DNA from: an uncultured bacterium
Lineage (GTDB): Bacteria; Chloroflexota; UBA5177; JANWHV01
NCBI GenBank assembly: GCA_963729625.1
Contig: CAVSOU010000008.1
Span: 640,001 to 704,000 of the forward strand
DNA: 64,000 nucleotides
Direction: 5' to 3'
The translations under genes were made by a program, and so were the position numbers. The number at the start of each line of letters is the position of its first letter. The stretch's first letter is position 1. The notes beneath the pieces are model-generated. The model was not told the DNA's origin, ran no database searches, and saw only the letters and a program-made list of their open reading frames with translations. Of this stretch, positions 1 through 10,093 are shown one piece after another.

Positions 1-501
1 GGCGTGATGCTGCGAGCCGATACTGCCGCCGGGGCGGCCTTCTATGACGCCCTGGTAACGCCCAGCAACGGTATCGTGGTGCAGTATCGCTCGTCTCAGG
101 GCGCTGAGGCGATCCAAATTGTGGATTTCGCGGGTGCTGTTCCCACGTACCTGAAAGTGACGCGGACCGGTACATCGTTCAGCGCCTATACCTCCGCCGA
201 TGGTGCCGCCTGGACACTGCTAAAGGGCTCTTCGGTGACGCTTAAGAGCCTGGGTGGTCGTCTTCTGGCAGGGCTCGCGATCACCGCTCACAATCTGATC
301 GATCCCGGCATGGTGAGATACCACGCTGTGAGCATTCGTGCCGACGAGATGGCCACGGCCACGCCCACACCGGCGGTGGAAGCGCTTACGAGAACACCCG
401 CACCACATCCCGGGCACGCGTCCGGCACACCGACGGTCGGCAAGGCGAAATCCAGCACGCCCACGCCAGACCCAGGAAAGACGGCAACACCCACGAAGTA
501 G
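1..501 (+). CDS. C-terminal part (5'-partial) of a protein with a ConA-like/DUF1349-type beta-sandwich domain and Pro/Thr-rich tail
   Basis: Frame is open from base 1. GVMLRA...YLKVTRTGTSFSAYTSADGAAW...GLAITAHN pattern, then a TPTP-rich tail. Confidence 0.6.
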   Translation, partial: GVMLRADTAAGAAFYDALVTPSNGIVVQYRSSQGAEAIQIVDFAGAVPTYLKVTRTGTSFSAYTSADGAAWTLLKGSSVTLKSLGGRLLAGLAITAHNLIDPGMVRYHAVSIRADEMATATPTPAVEALTRTPAPHPGHASGTPTVGKAKSSTPTPDPGKTATPTK

Positions 502-652
502 GGGTGGTTCGTAGAGGTGGAGCGACGAATTCCCGTGTAGCACGGAGCTGCGCGTTGGACTACTCGATTGCCCGAGCCGCTCCCCGGATCCTCGAGTCGC
601 CATGGAAGTCGCCCGCGATGATAGCCAGCCTCCTGCCGGAGTGAGCCAGGCG

Positions 653-1345
653 TTAGTGCGTGCCGGCCTGGGAATCGGGCTCCCGCCGGTGCTCGCGATC
701 GGCGTAGCGTGCCAGCAGCTCGTCGACGCTTATCCAGGCCTCGCCAAGCTGCAGCCGCCGGAGCGCGCGCGCGTCATCCAGCTGGCCGGGGCGACTGTAG
801 ATACTCAGCATGCAGAGCATGAACAGGCGGGCCCACGGGGTGCGGGGAGAGCGTGCCGCCCGGCGGGTCGTGAGCCCAACGCGCTGGAGCATCCGGTAGT
901 GAACGGTTTCCGTCCAGACCACCCGCACCTCGGCGGGAATGACGCCACCGCGAACCATCTCGGCCAGGCATTGCAGGTCGTCGGCCCCGCGCTTCGCGAT
1001 CTCCCAGATCACCGCCTGCACGCCTGACGCGGCGGCCTCAAGGGAGGCTATCGCGCTATTGTCCCAGTGCAGCAGGATAGCCGTCTCGCCGCGCCGCACC
1101 ACCGTGCCGCCGGAGAGCACGAGCGGCCTGCCGGGATAGGGCGCCACCTCGTAGCGAACGATGCCGCCCGGCCTGGGCGGCGCGACGTGGTGACCACGTA
1201 GCAGCATGCGCTCGACCCAGAGAAACACGCGCATGAGTCCGCGCGCTTGGCCGTAGCCGCTCCGGCCCCAGGGCGTGCGCCCGAGCGCCAGCACAACGCG
1301 ATCGAGCCACCATTCCCATCCCGGAGGCCTCCGTAACTGCTTCAT
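653..1345 (-). CDS. YkoP-like hypothetical protein
   Basis: RY...YPGRPLVLSGGTVVRRGE...LHWDN and terminal EAWISVDELLARY resemble the YkoP family. Confidence 0.55.
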   Translation of the reverse strand: MKQLRRPPGWEWWLDRVVLALGRTPWGRSGYGQARGLMRVFLWVERMLLRGHHVAPPRPGGIVRYEVAPYPGRPLVLSGGTVVRRGETAILLHWDNSAIASLEAAASGVQAVIWEIAKRGADDLQCLAEMVRGGVIPAEVRVVWTETVHYRMLQRVGLTTRRAARSPRTPWARLFMLCMLSIYSRPGQLDDARALRRLQLGEAWISVDELLARYADREHRREPDSQAGTH

Positions 1346-1654
1346 CTGTTCGCCTCGTCCCGCGTTGTCCTATCTCATCTTGCTTGGTAGGCGCCGCTCA
1401 CCCGTTTCACGCCCTGCCCCGCGTACTGCAAGTGGCTTTCTGCGAGTGCCCGGCGCCATCGCCCGACACAGCCGCGCCGACGCCTGCCGAGATGAGCCAT
1501 ATCCGTCCGGGCGCTGCTCTTGGTCCCTGACCGTGCGGCGAATGGGTATAGCACCGGGAGTTCCCTCCTGAGAAGCGGATTGGCCCTGTACACACATTCT
1601 GCCACAGGAGCGGGCCTGGAATCCCTAAAATGCGGTAGTTGATGCCGGCGAGAA

Positions 1655-1684
1655 TCGACGAGCAGGTACTACCCATGATATGAT
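1655..1684 (+). promoter_or_regulatory. sigma70-type promoter of vapBC-1
   Basis: TCGACG (1655-1660), 18 nt spacer, TG-n-TATGAT (1679-1684). Confidence 0.5.
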
Positions 1685-1730
1685 CGCATTACCTTTGATA
1701 GTGGGTTCAACAGATGTCGAGGCGCATCAC

Positions 1731-2027
1731 ATGCACGAACAAGTAACAACGGTGACGCGGAAAGGGCAGATCACCATTCCCGTTGACATTCGCAAAGCCA
1801 TGGGTATTCAGATAGGGGACATGGTCTCCGTCTCACTCACGAGTGGGGATACGCCGGTAGCGGAGTTGCGGCGGGCTGCTTCGGTAGCTGAGCAAACGTT
1901 TGGTGCAGTTGCCACCCGACAGAGACCAGAAGACTTCAAGGAGCTACGGCAACTCTTCATGGAAGGGCAGGGACAGGAGGAAGTGGGAGCGCGGCGTCCG
2001 ATGAAGAAGCGGAACTCGCGCCGATGA
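1731..2027 (+). CDS. vapB: AbrB/MazE-family antitoxin (VapB-like)
   Basis: TTVTRKGQITIPVDIRKAMGIQIGD AbrB signature; overlaps the downstream PIN gene. Confidence 0.85.
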   Translation: MHEQVTTVTRKGQITIPVDIRKAMGIQIGDMVSVSLTSGDTPVAELRRAASVAEQTFGAVATRQRPEDFKELRQLFMEGQGQEEVGARRPMKKRNSRR

Positions 2028-2434
2028 TGTTTCTTGATACCAACATCTTCCTTCGACATCTACTCAATGATCACCCCGTGCAATCGCCCAGAGCGTTCGC
2101 TCTCATCAAGGCAATTGAAGAACGCAGGCTCGAGGCATGGACATCAGAGTTAGTTATCGCCGAGCTGGTGTTTGTCCTATCCAACAAACGCACGTACAAC
2201 GAGAGCCGTCAAAGAATCGCTTCGCTGCTCTTGCCCATACTGGGCTTACCTCATCTTCATCTTCTTCGCTCCAAGCGACTATACCGGCGTACGTTCGAAC
2301 TGTTTGTCCAGTTGCCGATCGACTATGTCGATTGCTACCACGCAGCCCTTATCGAGCAGCGGAAAGAGCCTGAGCTCTACAGCTTCGATCAGGACTTTGA
2401 CAAAGTGCCCGGCCTAAAGCGTCGAGAGCCATAG
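2024..2434 (+). CDS. vapC: PIN-domain ribonuclease toxin (VapC)
   Basis: FLDTNIFLR, IAELVFVL, DYVDC and SFDQDF supply the acidic PIN residues. Confidence 0.9.
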   Translation: MMFLDTNIFLRHLLNDHPVQSPRAFALIKAIEERRLEAWTSELVIAELVFVLSNKRTYNESRQRIASLLLPILGLPHLHLLRSKRLYRRTFELFVQLPIDYVDCYHAALIEQRKEPELYSFDQDFDKVPGLKRREP

Positions 2435-2444
2435 ACTACTCATC

Positions 2445-3746
2445 TCACCGTGATGGTGAGCCGACTGCCGCCGGGCCTGATGCGTCGGTCATATTCGCCA
2501 CGAGCCCGCCGGATCGTCCCGCGGTAGTCAGCGCCAGGCCGACAGCGGCGTGCAGGGCGCCGTGGAGCGCCGCGTCGCCTAGCAGCTGTGAAAGGCGCAC
2601 GAGCGGCGCGCTGACGACGTACCGCCGCACAATCGCTTCGATGGGAGTGACAAACAGCGCTTCAGCGTGCGGCAGGTCGGCGAGGTCTCCGCCCAGCACC
2701 ACGATTTCTGGGTCGGTTACCGCCACCGTATTGATGACGGCCGCTGCCAGGTATTCGTTCAGTTCCTGGATAATCTCGCCCGCCCGCGGATCCCCGGCCA
2801 TGGCGAGCTCGCAGACGGCATCCGGAGTATCATTCGGCAGCCCGCGCCTCTTCGCCGCCTGGGTCAGGTGACCGATGCCCGCGACCGACTCCAGGCAGCC
2901 GAGGGGGTCGAACCTGCGGCGAAGATTGGCGCGGTCGACGACCATGTACCCGATCTCGCCGGCAGCCCCCGAGCTGCCGCGCAGCAGCTGGCCGTTGAGG
3001 ATCAAGCCCGCGCCAATGCCGGGGCCGACAAAGATGTAGGCGACGCCGCGATGGCCCTGGGCGCATCCCGACTGGCACTCCCCGAGCGCGGCGAAGTTGA
3101 CGTCGTTGTCCATTACGACAGGCACGCCCAGGTGCTGTTCGAGCTCACGGAGAAGTGGACGGTCGGTCAGTCCGGGGAACGGGCTCGCGGCGTACTTGAC
3201 CGTTCCCTCTTCGATGTTGACGACGCCCGGGACGGCGAGGCCGACCGCGAGCACGGTCACGGCCTTTTGCGGGCCATGGTTGAGTGCGTCCTCGATGAAC
3301 GCGCGAAGCTGCGGCAGCACGCTCTGGCGCTTTTCGAGGGCCAGGGGACGGGAAGTACGGTGGAGGATCTCGCCGCTGAGCGTCGCGACGGCGGCTCGCG
3401 CGAGCCTGGTGCCGATCTGGAGACCCAGAACGACGCCGGCGTCGATGCGGAACGTGTAGAGATCGCCGAGGCGACCTCCGGTCGGCTGAGATTTGCCCAC
3501 GCAGGCGATGATGCCCTCCCGCATGAGAGCGTCGATGATGCGCGATGCCGTAGGCCGAGATAGATCAAGGCGCCGGGCGATCTCCGCTCGCGAGACGGGC
3601 CCTTCCGCGCGGATAACCTGCAGGACTTTCATCCGATTGGGCACCCGGTGGAATTCGGTTACCCACGGGACATGTTTGCTCATCGCACCACCTACTCCGG
3701 GCCTGGCGGCATCGGGCTGTGGCATCTCGATCGCGGTAGTGCCCAT
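2445..3746 (-). CDS. ROK-family transcriptional repressor (XylR/NagC-like)
   Basis: N-terminal HTH (SRAEIARRLDLSRPTASRII), DNDVNFAALGE, GIGAG, GAAGEIGY, GCLES. Divergent from the ABC operon. True start may be a downstream Met. Confidence 0.9.
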   Translation of the reverse strand: MGTTAIEMPQPDAARPGVGGAMSKHVPWVTEFHRVPNRMKVLQVIRAEGPVSRAEIARRLDLSRPTASRIIDALMREGIIACVGKSQPTGGRLGDLYTFRIDAGVVLGLQIGTRLARAAVATLSGEILHRTSRPLALEKRQSVLPQLRAFIEDALNHGPQKAVTVLAVGLAVPGVVNIEEGTVKYAASPFPGLTDRPLLRELEQHLGVPVVMDNDVNFAALGECQSGCAQGHRGVAYIFVGPGIGAGLILNGQLLRGSSGAAGEIGYMVVDRANLRRRFDPLGCLESVAGIGHLTQAAKRRGLPNDTPDAVCELAMAGDPRAGEIIQELNEYLAAAVINTVAVTDPEIVVLGGDLADLPHAEALFVTPIEAIVRRYVVSAPLVRLSQLLGDAALHGALHAAVGLALTTAGRSGGLVANMTDASGPAAVGSPSR

Positions 3747-3931
3747 CGCTGTCTGCTTCCCTGGTCGAGGTCGACCACGGCCTACCAGCCGTCCCAGGCG
3801 GCCTCCGGATCAACGCGGATGGAAGGGATGACGGACCGGGTCAATCCAGGCGAGCGCGGTGATCGTTACACCGGGATTGATCCGGCAAGCATCCGGCCAG
3901 CCGCTTTCAAGCGGGGGTCTCCGCAGGCTCC

Positions 3932-3968
3932 TTGACAAGCCCCCCACACTATGTTATGGTCCGTAACA
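3932..3968 (+). promoter_or_regulatory. sigma70 promoter of the ABC operon with overlapping palindromic operator
   Basis: TTGACA (3932-3937), 17 nt, TG-n-TATGGT (3955-3960). Inverted repeat TGTTATGG-T-CCGTAACA (3952-3968, one mismatch). Confidence 0.75.
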
Positions 3969-4287
3969 AAGTTATGCAAGGTGGCACCGCGAATCGAGCG
4001 GCTTTCTCATGAATACTGCCGCGGACGCGGCCGGAATCGCCCACATACTGCGCTTCGCCAGTGAAGTCGTGGAGATACTCTTAGAAGGGAGGGATCGAGC
4101 ACCCTCAGCGGAAAGAGTGATAGCAAGAAAGCCATACGGGCAAGTGGATGTCCGCGGCCGACCGGGCCGCGAGCGTTGACGGCGCGGGTGCTCCGCGCCA
4201 TTCGGCATGCTGTGCTACATCGGCAATCTCATCGACGCTAACGTCGTATACCTCTCGGTTACAAACGTGGGAAGGAGGCCATGAAAC

Positions 4288-6003
4288 GTGGCTAGTCTCA
4301 GCGGTTTCTTTGGGGGGGCATCAAAACCAATCCGATCTCTCGTGCTGACATCCGTTCTGGTAGTTGCGCTGGCAAGCGGGTCCAGCCTGGCGAACACGAC
4401 CGCCGTGCAGCGCGCGTCTGCGGCCGCGGCGCACGTGACCATGGGCGGCACGCTGGTGATCGACAACGAGAGTGGCGCGCTCTGGACGGGCAACTTCAAC
4501 CCGTTCTCTGGCGCCGTCAATTGGACGTCCGAGGGACTGATCTACGAACCGCTTGTGTATGTGAATCCCCTGACGGGCAAGGCCACTCCATGGCTGGCGA
4601 GCGCCTACCAGTGGAGCAACAGCAACAAGACACTGACCTTCACCATCCGGCAGGGCGTGCAGTGGACCGACGGGCAGCCGTTCACGGCGGCAGATGTGTT
4701 GTTCACCTTCAATCTGCTGAAGAAGTATCCGTCTGCCGACCTGCAAGCAGTTTGGTCGGTGCTGAAGAGCGTCGAGCAGCAGGGATCCGACAAGATCGTC
4801 TTCACGTTCGCGCAGTCCGCGGTGCCCTTCTTCTACTTCATTGCCGACCTGAACGGCATCGTGGCGCAGCACGTCTGGGCCAAGGTCGGGAACCCCACGA
4901 CCTACACCGACAGTCATCCAGTGGGTACCGGCCCGTTCATGCTTGGGCCGTCCTCGCCGCAGACGATCACCTACGTGCGGAACCCACACTACTGGCAACC
5001 CGGCAAGCCGTACCTCGACAAGGTGCTGTATCCGGCCTTCACCTCCAACCCGCCTGCCAACCTTCTGCTGGCGGAGGGGAAGGCTGATTGGGGAGGCCAG
5101 TTCATTCCCAACATCGACGCCTACTATGTAGCCAAAGACAAAGCGAACAATCACTACTGGTTCCCACCGACCGACAACGTGAGCCTGTACGTCAATCAGA
5201 CGGTGGCCGGGCTGAACAATAAGTTGGTTCGCCAGGCGATGGCGTATGCGATCGACCGCAGCCGTGTCTCAGTGATCGGCGAATATGGCTATGAGCCTGC
5301 CGCCAACCAGACAGGCATCGTCTTGCCCACGTTCGCCAACTGGCAGGACAAGACAGCTGCGGCGAAGTACAGCTATACGTACAATCCGACGAAGGCCGAA
5401 GCGCTGCTGAAGCAGGCTGGGGCCACAAAGAACGGTTCGGGCATGTACGTGCTGAACGGCAAGCCGCTGTCCTTCAGCGTGATCAATGTCGGCGGCAACA
5501 CAGACTGGGTGTCGTCGCTGGAGGTTATCGCCTCTGAGTTCAAGCAGGTCGGCATCAGCCTCACGATCGACAACCTGTCCCAGACCGACTACTCAAACAG
5601 GGCCTACAACGGCCAGTTCGACCTCCTATACGATACCCCGCCTTCCGCGGGACCGACCCCGTATTACGAGCTGCGCGAGACGTTGTGCTACTGCAACTCG
5701 GCGCCGATCGGAAAGGTAGCGAGCAGCAACTACGAGCGCTGGAACGATCCGGCGACCGATGCCCTGTTCAAACAGTTCGAGGCGACCACGGACAGCGCCA
5801 CGCAGCACGCGGTGATCAACAAGCTGCAGGCGATCATGCTGGAGAACGTGCCGGTCATCCCGGTTACCGAGGGCGTGGACTGGTACCAGTACAGCACGGC
5901 GAAATTCGCCGGCTGGCCCACGCAACAGAATCTCTACGCCGCCCCTGCGCCATACAACTGGCCGGACTGGGAAGTCGTGCTGCAGAATCTCCACCTCAAG
6001 TAG
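4288..6003 (+). CDS. ABC transporter substrate-binding protein, family 5 (probably oligosaccharide-binding)
   Basis: GGAGG 9 nt before GTG; signal peptide; IYEPL, WTDGQPFTAADVLFTF, PVGTGPF, RNPHYW, VRQAMAYAIDR. Confidence 0.92.
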   Translation: MASLSGFFGGASKPIRSLVLTSVLVVALASGSSLANTTAVQRASAAAAHVTMGGTLVIDNESGALWTGNFNPFSGAVNWTSEGLIYEPLVYVNPLTGKATPWLASAYQWSNSNKTLTFTIRQGVQWTDGQPFTAADVLFTFNLLKKYPSADLQAVWSVLKSVEQQGSDKIVFTFAQSAVPFFYFIADLNGIVAQHVWAKVGNPTTYTDSHPVGTGPFMLGPSSPQTITYVRNPHYWQPGKPYLDKVLYPAFTSNPPANLLLAEGKADWGGQFIPNIDAYYVAKDKANNHYWFPPTDNVSLYVNQTVAGLNNKLVRQAMAYAIDRSRVSVIGEYGYEPAANQTGIVLPTFANWQDKTAAAKYSYTYNPTKAEALLKQAGATKNGSGMYVLNGKPLSFSVINVGGNTDWVSSLEVIASEFKQVGISLTIDNLSQTDYSNRAYNGQFDLLYDTPPSAGPTPYYELRETLCYCNSAPIGKVASSNYERWNDPATDALFKQFEATTDSATQHAVINKLQAIMLENVPVIPVTEGVDWYQYSTAKFAGWPTQQNLYAAPAPYNWPDWEVVLQNLHLK

Positions 6004-6036
6004 AACGGTAGCGATTCTCACCAGGGAATTGTAAGC

Positions 6037-6076
6037 AGTCTCTCGGCCGTGCCGGGCTCGGCACGGCCGAGAGACT
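6037..6076 (+). terminator. 18-bp intercistronic hairpin after the SBP gene (mRNA stabiliser or partial terminator)
   Basis: AGTCTCTCGGCCGTGCCG-ggct-CGGCACGGCCGAGAGACT perfect stem; no U-tract. Confidence 0.65.
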
Positions 6077-6101
6077 CAAAGACAGAGGACGGAGCACCTC
6101 G

Positions 6102-7085
6102 ATGTCATACATCCTGCGGCGCCTGGCCCTTTTCGTCGTCACGCTCTGGGCGGCTATGACGATCAATTTCTTCCTGCCGCGCATGATGCCAGGAAATCCC
6201 GCGGAAGCGATGATGTCACGCGTGCACGGGCACATCAACCCTTCGGCCATGCATGCGCTCGAGGTGGCCTTCGGAATCAACACGCACGACAGTGTCGTCG
6301 TGCAGTACGTCAAGTACCTGGGCGATGTCGCTCACGGCCAATTTGGCACATCAATCTATTTCTTTCCCACCAGCGTCGGCCAGATGATCATGGAGGCGCT
6401 GCCCTGGACGCTCGGTCTCGTCGGGATCGCCACCGTACTGGCCTTCCTCCTCGGCACGCTGATCGGGATCCTCGCAGCCTGGCTGCGAGGCGGCATCACG
6501 GATAGCCTGCTGCCACCGATTTTCGTCGTCTTGTCCGCGCTGCCGTTCTTCTGGCTTGGCCTTGTCCTTATATGGTTCTTGTCCGAGGTTCTCGGCTGGC
6601 TGCCGCCTGCCTTCGCTTACGACGTGGGAGCTCAGATCACGCTTTCCTGGCCGTTCGTCGGCCAGGTCGTCCAGCACAGCATTCTTCCGGGCCTCGCGCT
6701 ACTCCTGGTATCGATCGGCGGCTGGATCCTCACCATGCGCAACAACATGATCACGGTTCTTGCCGAGGACTACGTGAAAATGGCGCGGGCCAAGGGCATC
6801 TCGCCATTCCGGATCATGATGCTGTACGCGGGACGAAATGCCATCCTGCCCAATCTCACCGGCTTTGCCATGTCGCTCGGCTTCGTGGTGAGCGGCGCTA
6901 TTTTGATCGAGATCGTATTCAGCTATCCCGGCCTCGGCTACCTGCTCTACCAGGCAGTTATCGGCGAGGACTATCCGCTGATGCAGGCGATATTCCTGAT
7001 CATCACTGTCGCGGTTCTGCTGGCGGTGCTGGCGGCCGACGCGGCCACGGCCCTGCTCGACCCGCGCACGCGCGAGCGGCGGTAG
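6102..7085 (+). CDS. ABC transporter permease (DppB/OppB-like)
   Basis: FFLPRMMPGNP, EDYVKMARAKG, NAILP, IEIVFSYPGLG. Confidence 0.92.
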   Translation: MSYILRRLALFVVTLWAAMTINFFLPRMMPGNPAEAMMSRVHGHINPSAMHALEVAFGINTHDSVVVQYVKYLGDVAHGQFGTSIYFFPTSVGQMIMEALPWTLGLVGIATVLAFLLGTLIGILAAWLRGGITDSLLPPIFVVLSALPFFWLGLVLIWFLSEVLGWLPPAFAYDVGAQITLSWPFVGQVVQHSILPGLALLLVSIGGWILTMRNNMITVLAEDYVKMARAKGISPFRIMMLYAGRNAILPNLTGFAMSLGFVVSGAILIEIVFSYPGLGYLLYQAVIGEDYPLMQAIFLIITVAVLLAVLAADAATALLDPRTRERR

Positions 7086-7105
7086 ACGCGAGAGGAGCCA
7101 GTGCC

Positions 7106-8050
7106 GTGCAAACTGAGATGATCACGAAGCAGCAACCGCTGACGGCGGGCCGGCCCGGCGGGACGAGGCTCGGCGCAGCCGGGCGGCTCGGCAAAGCGAT
7201 CGTTCGCGATCCGAAGTCCCTGATCGGCGTCGTGCTGCTCACGCTGTTCATCCTTATAGCGATCTTCGCCCCGTTGATCGCGCCCTACGATCCGAGCGCC
7301 CAGCAATTCCTGCCGATGGCCTCCCCCTCGTCGCACAATCTCCTCGGCACCACCAACACCGGCCAGGACATCTTGTCGCAGCTGATATGGGGGACTCGCC
7401 AGTCGCTGTTGATCGGTATCGTCGCCGGTCTCGCCGCCACGATCATCTCGATGTTGATCGGCGTCTCCGCCGCCTACATCGGCGGCACGACCGACCTCGT
7501 GCTGGGATTGATCACGGACGTATTCCTGGTGCTGCCCCAGCTACCGCTGATGATCGTTATCGCTTCGTACTTCCGGTCGTCGTCCTACTGGGTGCTGATC
7601 GCGGTGATTGTGGTCACCGGCTGGGCGTATGGGGCGCGCCAGCTGCGTTCGCAGGCGCTATCCTTGCGGCACCGGGAGTTTCTGGAGGCTGCGCGCATCC
7701 GCGGCGAGCGCACATCGCACATCATCCTATTCGAGCTGCTACCGACGATGACTTCCCTGATCGTCGCCAACTTTCTCGGCGCCGCACTCTACGCTGTGCT
7801 GTCGGCGGCGGGTCTGCAGTTCATCGGGTTGGGCAACATCCAGGAGATGAGCTGGGGCACGATGCTGTACTGGGCGGAAAACAACGAGGCCATGATGTCC
7901 GGCGCACCGCTCTGGATTCTTGCTCCCGGCCTCTGCATCGCACTCCTGGGAGCGGCGTTCGCCTTGATTAACTATGGTTTTGACGAGATTGGCAATCCGG
8001 CACTGCGCGCAACAAGGAGGAAACGTGGACGGCGCGTCTACAATTCTTGA
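7106..8050 (+). CDS. ABC transporter permease (DppC/OppC-like)
   Basis: GAGGAG then GTG at 7106; LLGTTNTGQDILSQLIWGTR, EFLEAARIRG, SWGTML. Confidence 0.9.
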   Translation: MQTEMITKQQPLTAGRPGGTRLGAAGRLGKAIVRDPKSLIGVVLLTLFILIAIFAPLIAPYDPSAQQFLPMASPSSHNLLGTTNTGQDILSQLIWGTRQSLLIGIVAGLAATIISMLIGVSAAYIGGTTDLVLGLITDVFLVLPQLPLMIVIASYFRSSSYWVLIAVIVVTGWAYGARQLRSQALSLRHREFLEAARIRGERTSHIILFELLPTMTSLIVANFLGAALYAVLSAAGLQFIGLGNIQEMSWGTMLYWAENNEAMMSGAPLWILAPGLCIALLGAAFALINYGFDEIGNPALRATRRKRGRRVYNS

Positions 8051-9011
8051 GGTAAAGGACCTCATCGTCGACTACGTTGGTGAGACCAGCAGCGTGCGTG
8101 CCGTCGATCGCGTGAGTCTGCGCCTGGGCAGCGGCGAGTTTCTCGGCATCGTCGGCGAGTCCGGCTGTGGAAAGTCGACGCTCTGCTTCGGCATCGCGCG
8201 GTTGCTCACGCCGCCGGCCGAGATCGTGGGCGGCAGCGTGTCGTTTGCCGGAAGGGACCTGGTACAGCTGCACGAGGGGCAGCTGCGGCACATGCGCTGG
8301 CGCGACTTCTCCGTCGTCATGCAGAGCGCGATGAACGCGCTTAATCCCGTGATGACAGTCGGCGCGCAGCTCTCCGACGCCATTCAGGCCCACGAGCGTA
8401 TGCCGAAGGAGAGGGTGCGCGATCGCGCGGCCGCGGTGCTGCACCTGGTCGGCATCGATCCAATGCATCTGCGTAGCTACCCGCACCAGCTCAGCGGAGG
8501 CATGCGCCAGCGGGCCATGATTGCCATGGCCCTGGTGTTCACGCCGAGCTTGATCATCATGGATGAGCCCACGTCGGCGCTGGATGTGGTGGGCCAGCGG
8601 GCCCTGATGAAGCAGATTCTCGAGTTGCAGCGGCAGCTCGGCTTTGCGGTCATTTTTGTGACCCATGACATGTCGCTCGTCAGCAACTTCGCGGATCGCG
8701 TGGCGATCATGTATGCCGGGCAGGTCGTGGAGCTGGGCTCCACGCGGGCGCTGTTCGGGGACCCCAAGCATCCATACAGTGTTGGGCTGCTGCAGGCCTT
8801 CCCATCGATTCACGGTCCAAAGCAGCACCTGATGGGTATACCTGGCAGCCCACCCGATCTGCGATATCCGCCACCCGGCTGCCGCTTCAACCAACGCTGT
8901 CCCGCAGTGTACGAGCGTTGCCTGGCGGTGGAACCGCCCGCCCACGTATTGCCTGACCGAGACATCGTGCGTTGCCATCTGTTTGCCAGACAGGAGGCTG
9001 GGGTCGGATGA
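8025..9011 (+). CDS. ABC transporter ATP-binding protein (DppD-like)
   Basis: AAGGAGG then GTG 8025; GESGCGKS, YPHQLSGGMRQR, DEPTSALD, GCRFNQRC. Confidence 0.92.
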   Translation: MDGASTILEVKDLIVDYVGETSSVRAVDRVSLRLGSGEFLGIVGESGCGKSTLCFGIARLLTPPAEIVGGSVSFAGRDLVQLHEGQLRHMRWRDFSVVMQSAMNALNPVMTVGAQLSDAIQAHERMPKERVRDRAAAVLHLVGIDPMHLRSYPHQLSGGMRQRAMIAMALVFTPSLIIMDEPTSALDVVGQRALMKQILELQRQLGFAVIFVTHDMSLVSNFADRVAIMYAGQVVELGSTRALFGDPKHPYSVGLLQAFPSIHGPKQHLMGIPGSPPDLRYPPPGCRFNQRCPAVYERCLAVEPPAHVLPDRDIVRCHLFARQEAGVG

Positions 9012-10048
9012 TGACCAGCACCGCGCCGACAGCCGAGACGGAAACCGCCACTTCCGGGCCAATCCTGGAGGCTCGAGGCCTGACAAAACACTTCACCGTC
9101 GGTGGTTTTCACATGCCGTTTTCCCAGCACCGGAGGCTGCACGCCGTCGACGGCGTGGATCTGGCAATCAACCCGCGAGAGATCGTGGCGCTGGTGGGCG
9201 AGAGCGGGAGCGGCAAGAGTACGGTGGCGCGCCTGCTGGCTATGCTGTATCGCCCTACCAGGGGAGAGATTCTCTATCGCGGTCGTACGCTGGGGTCGCT
9301 GCGGTCGCGGCGTGCGCTGATGGTCTATCGCAGTCACGTGCAGATGGTGTTGCAGGATCCATACAGCTCGATCAATCCGGTTTATCCGGCCACACACGGC
9401 ATTTTTCGCGCGCTGCAGCTTCACGCATCCGATCTGAGCGCGAAGGAGCGCCATGAGATCGTGGAACGGACGCTGGCGATCGTGGGCCTGGCGCCGGCGG
9501 CCGAGTTCTTGCACAAGTACCCGTATGAGCTGAGCGGCGGCCAGCGGCAGCGCATCGGCTTTGCCACGGCACTCGCGTGCGGTCCCGAGCTTATACTGGC
9601 CGATGAGCCGGTGTCCATGCTCGACGTTTCCATCCGAATCGGCCTGCTGAACCTGATGGCCGAGCTGCGTGATAAGCAAGGCGTGTCGTTCCTTTACATC
9701 ACCCATGACATTGCCAGCGCACGCTACGTGGCCGATCGCATGTTTGTCATGTATGGCGGGCACGTGGTGGAGCGGGGCCCGGTGGAAGGTGTCCTGGCCC
9801 ACGCAAAGCATCCGTACACGCAGTTGCTGCTGTCGGCAGTGCCCGATCCCCGTGCGGAGGTTACCGTTGGGCCGTCGAGCGAGACAGGCGAGCCGCCTCG
9901 AGTGGTCAACCCCAAGGAAGGGTGCCGATTCCGGGAGCGCTGCCCCCTGGCAGTCACCGAGTGCAGCCGCGTCACGCCCCGGCTGCGCGAAGTGCGCCTC
10001 CAGCATTTCGTCGCCTGTCATGTAGCCACCGGAGACGACGCTGCCTAG
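9008..10048 (+). CDS. ABC transporter ATP-binding protein (DppF-like)
   Basis: ATGA overlap with the previous gene; GESGSGKS, LSGGQRQR, DEPVSMLD, GCRFRERCP. Confidence 0.92.
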   Translation: MMTSTAPTAETETATSGPILEARGLTKHFTVGGFHMPFSQHRRLHAVDGVDLAINPREIVALVGESGSGKSTVARLLAMLYRPTRGEILYRGRTLGSLRSRRALMVYRSHVQMVLQDPYSSINPVYPATHGIFRALQLHASDLSAKERHEIVERTLAIVGLAPAAEFLHKYPYELSGGQRQRIGFATALACGPELILADEPVSMLDVSIRIGLLNLMAELRDKQGVSFLYITHDIASARYVADRMFVMYGGHVVERGPVEGVLAHAKHPYTQLLLSAVPDPRAEVTVGPSSETGEPPRVVNPKEGCRFRERCPLAVTECSRVTPRLREVRLQHFVACHVATGDDAA

Positions 10049-10093
10049 GATCGAGAACAGTCCTTCACGACATCGAAAGGAAAACAACCTGGA

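Noticed and set aside
3805-3885. CCGG(A/G)TCAA repeats with an inverted copy upstream of the ROK gene
   Set aside because: Short and imperfect; no support for function from sequence alone.
4281-4295. MKRG mini-ORF right after the SBP RBS
   Set aside because: The ATG is only 2 nt from GGAGG; the GTG at 4288 has proper spacing.
6572-7105. N-terminal extension of the DppC ORF; similar extensions at 40789, 49347, 16453 and 28532
   Set aside because: They overlap other genes or lack an RBS; better starts lie downstream.
7968-10087. Long minus-strand ORFs (372 and 425 aa) over the ABC ATPases
   Set aside because: Typical antisense shadow ORFs of GC-rich coding sequence.
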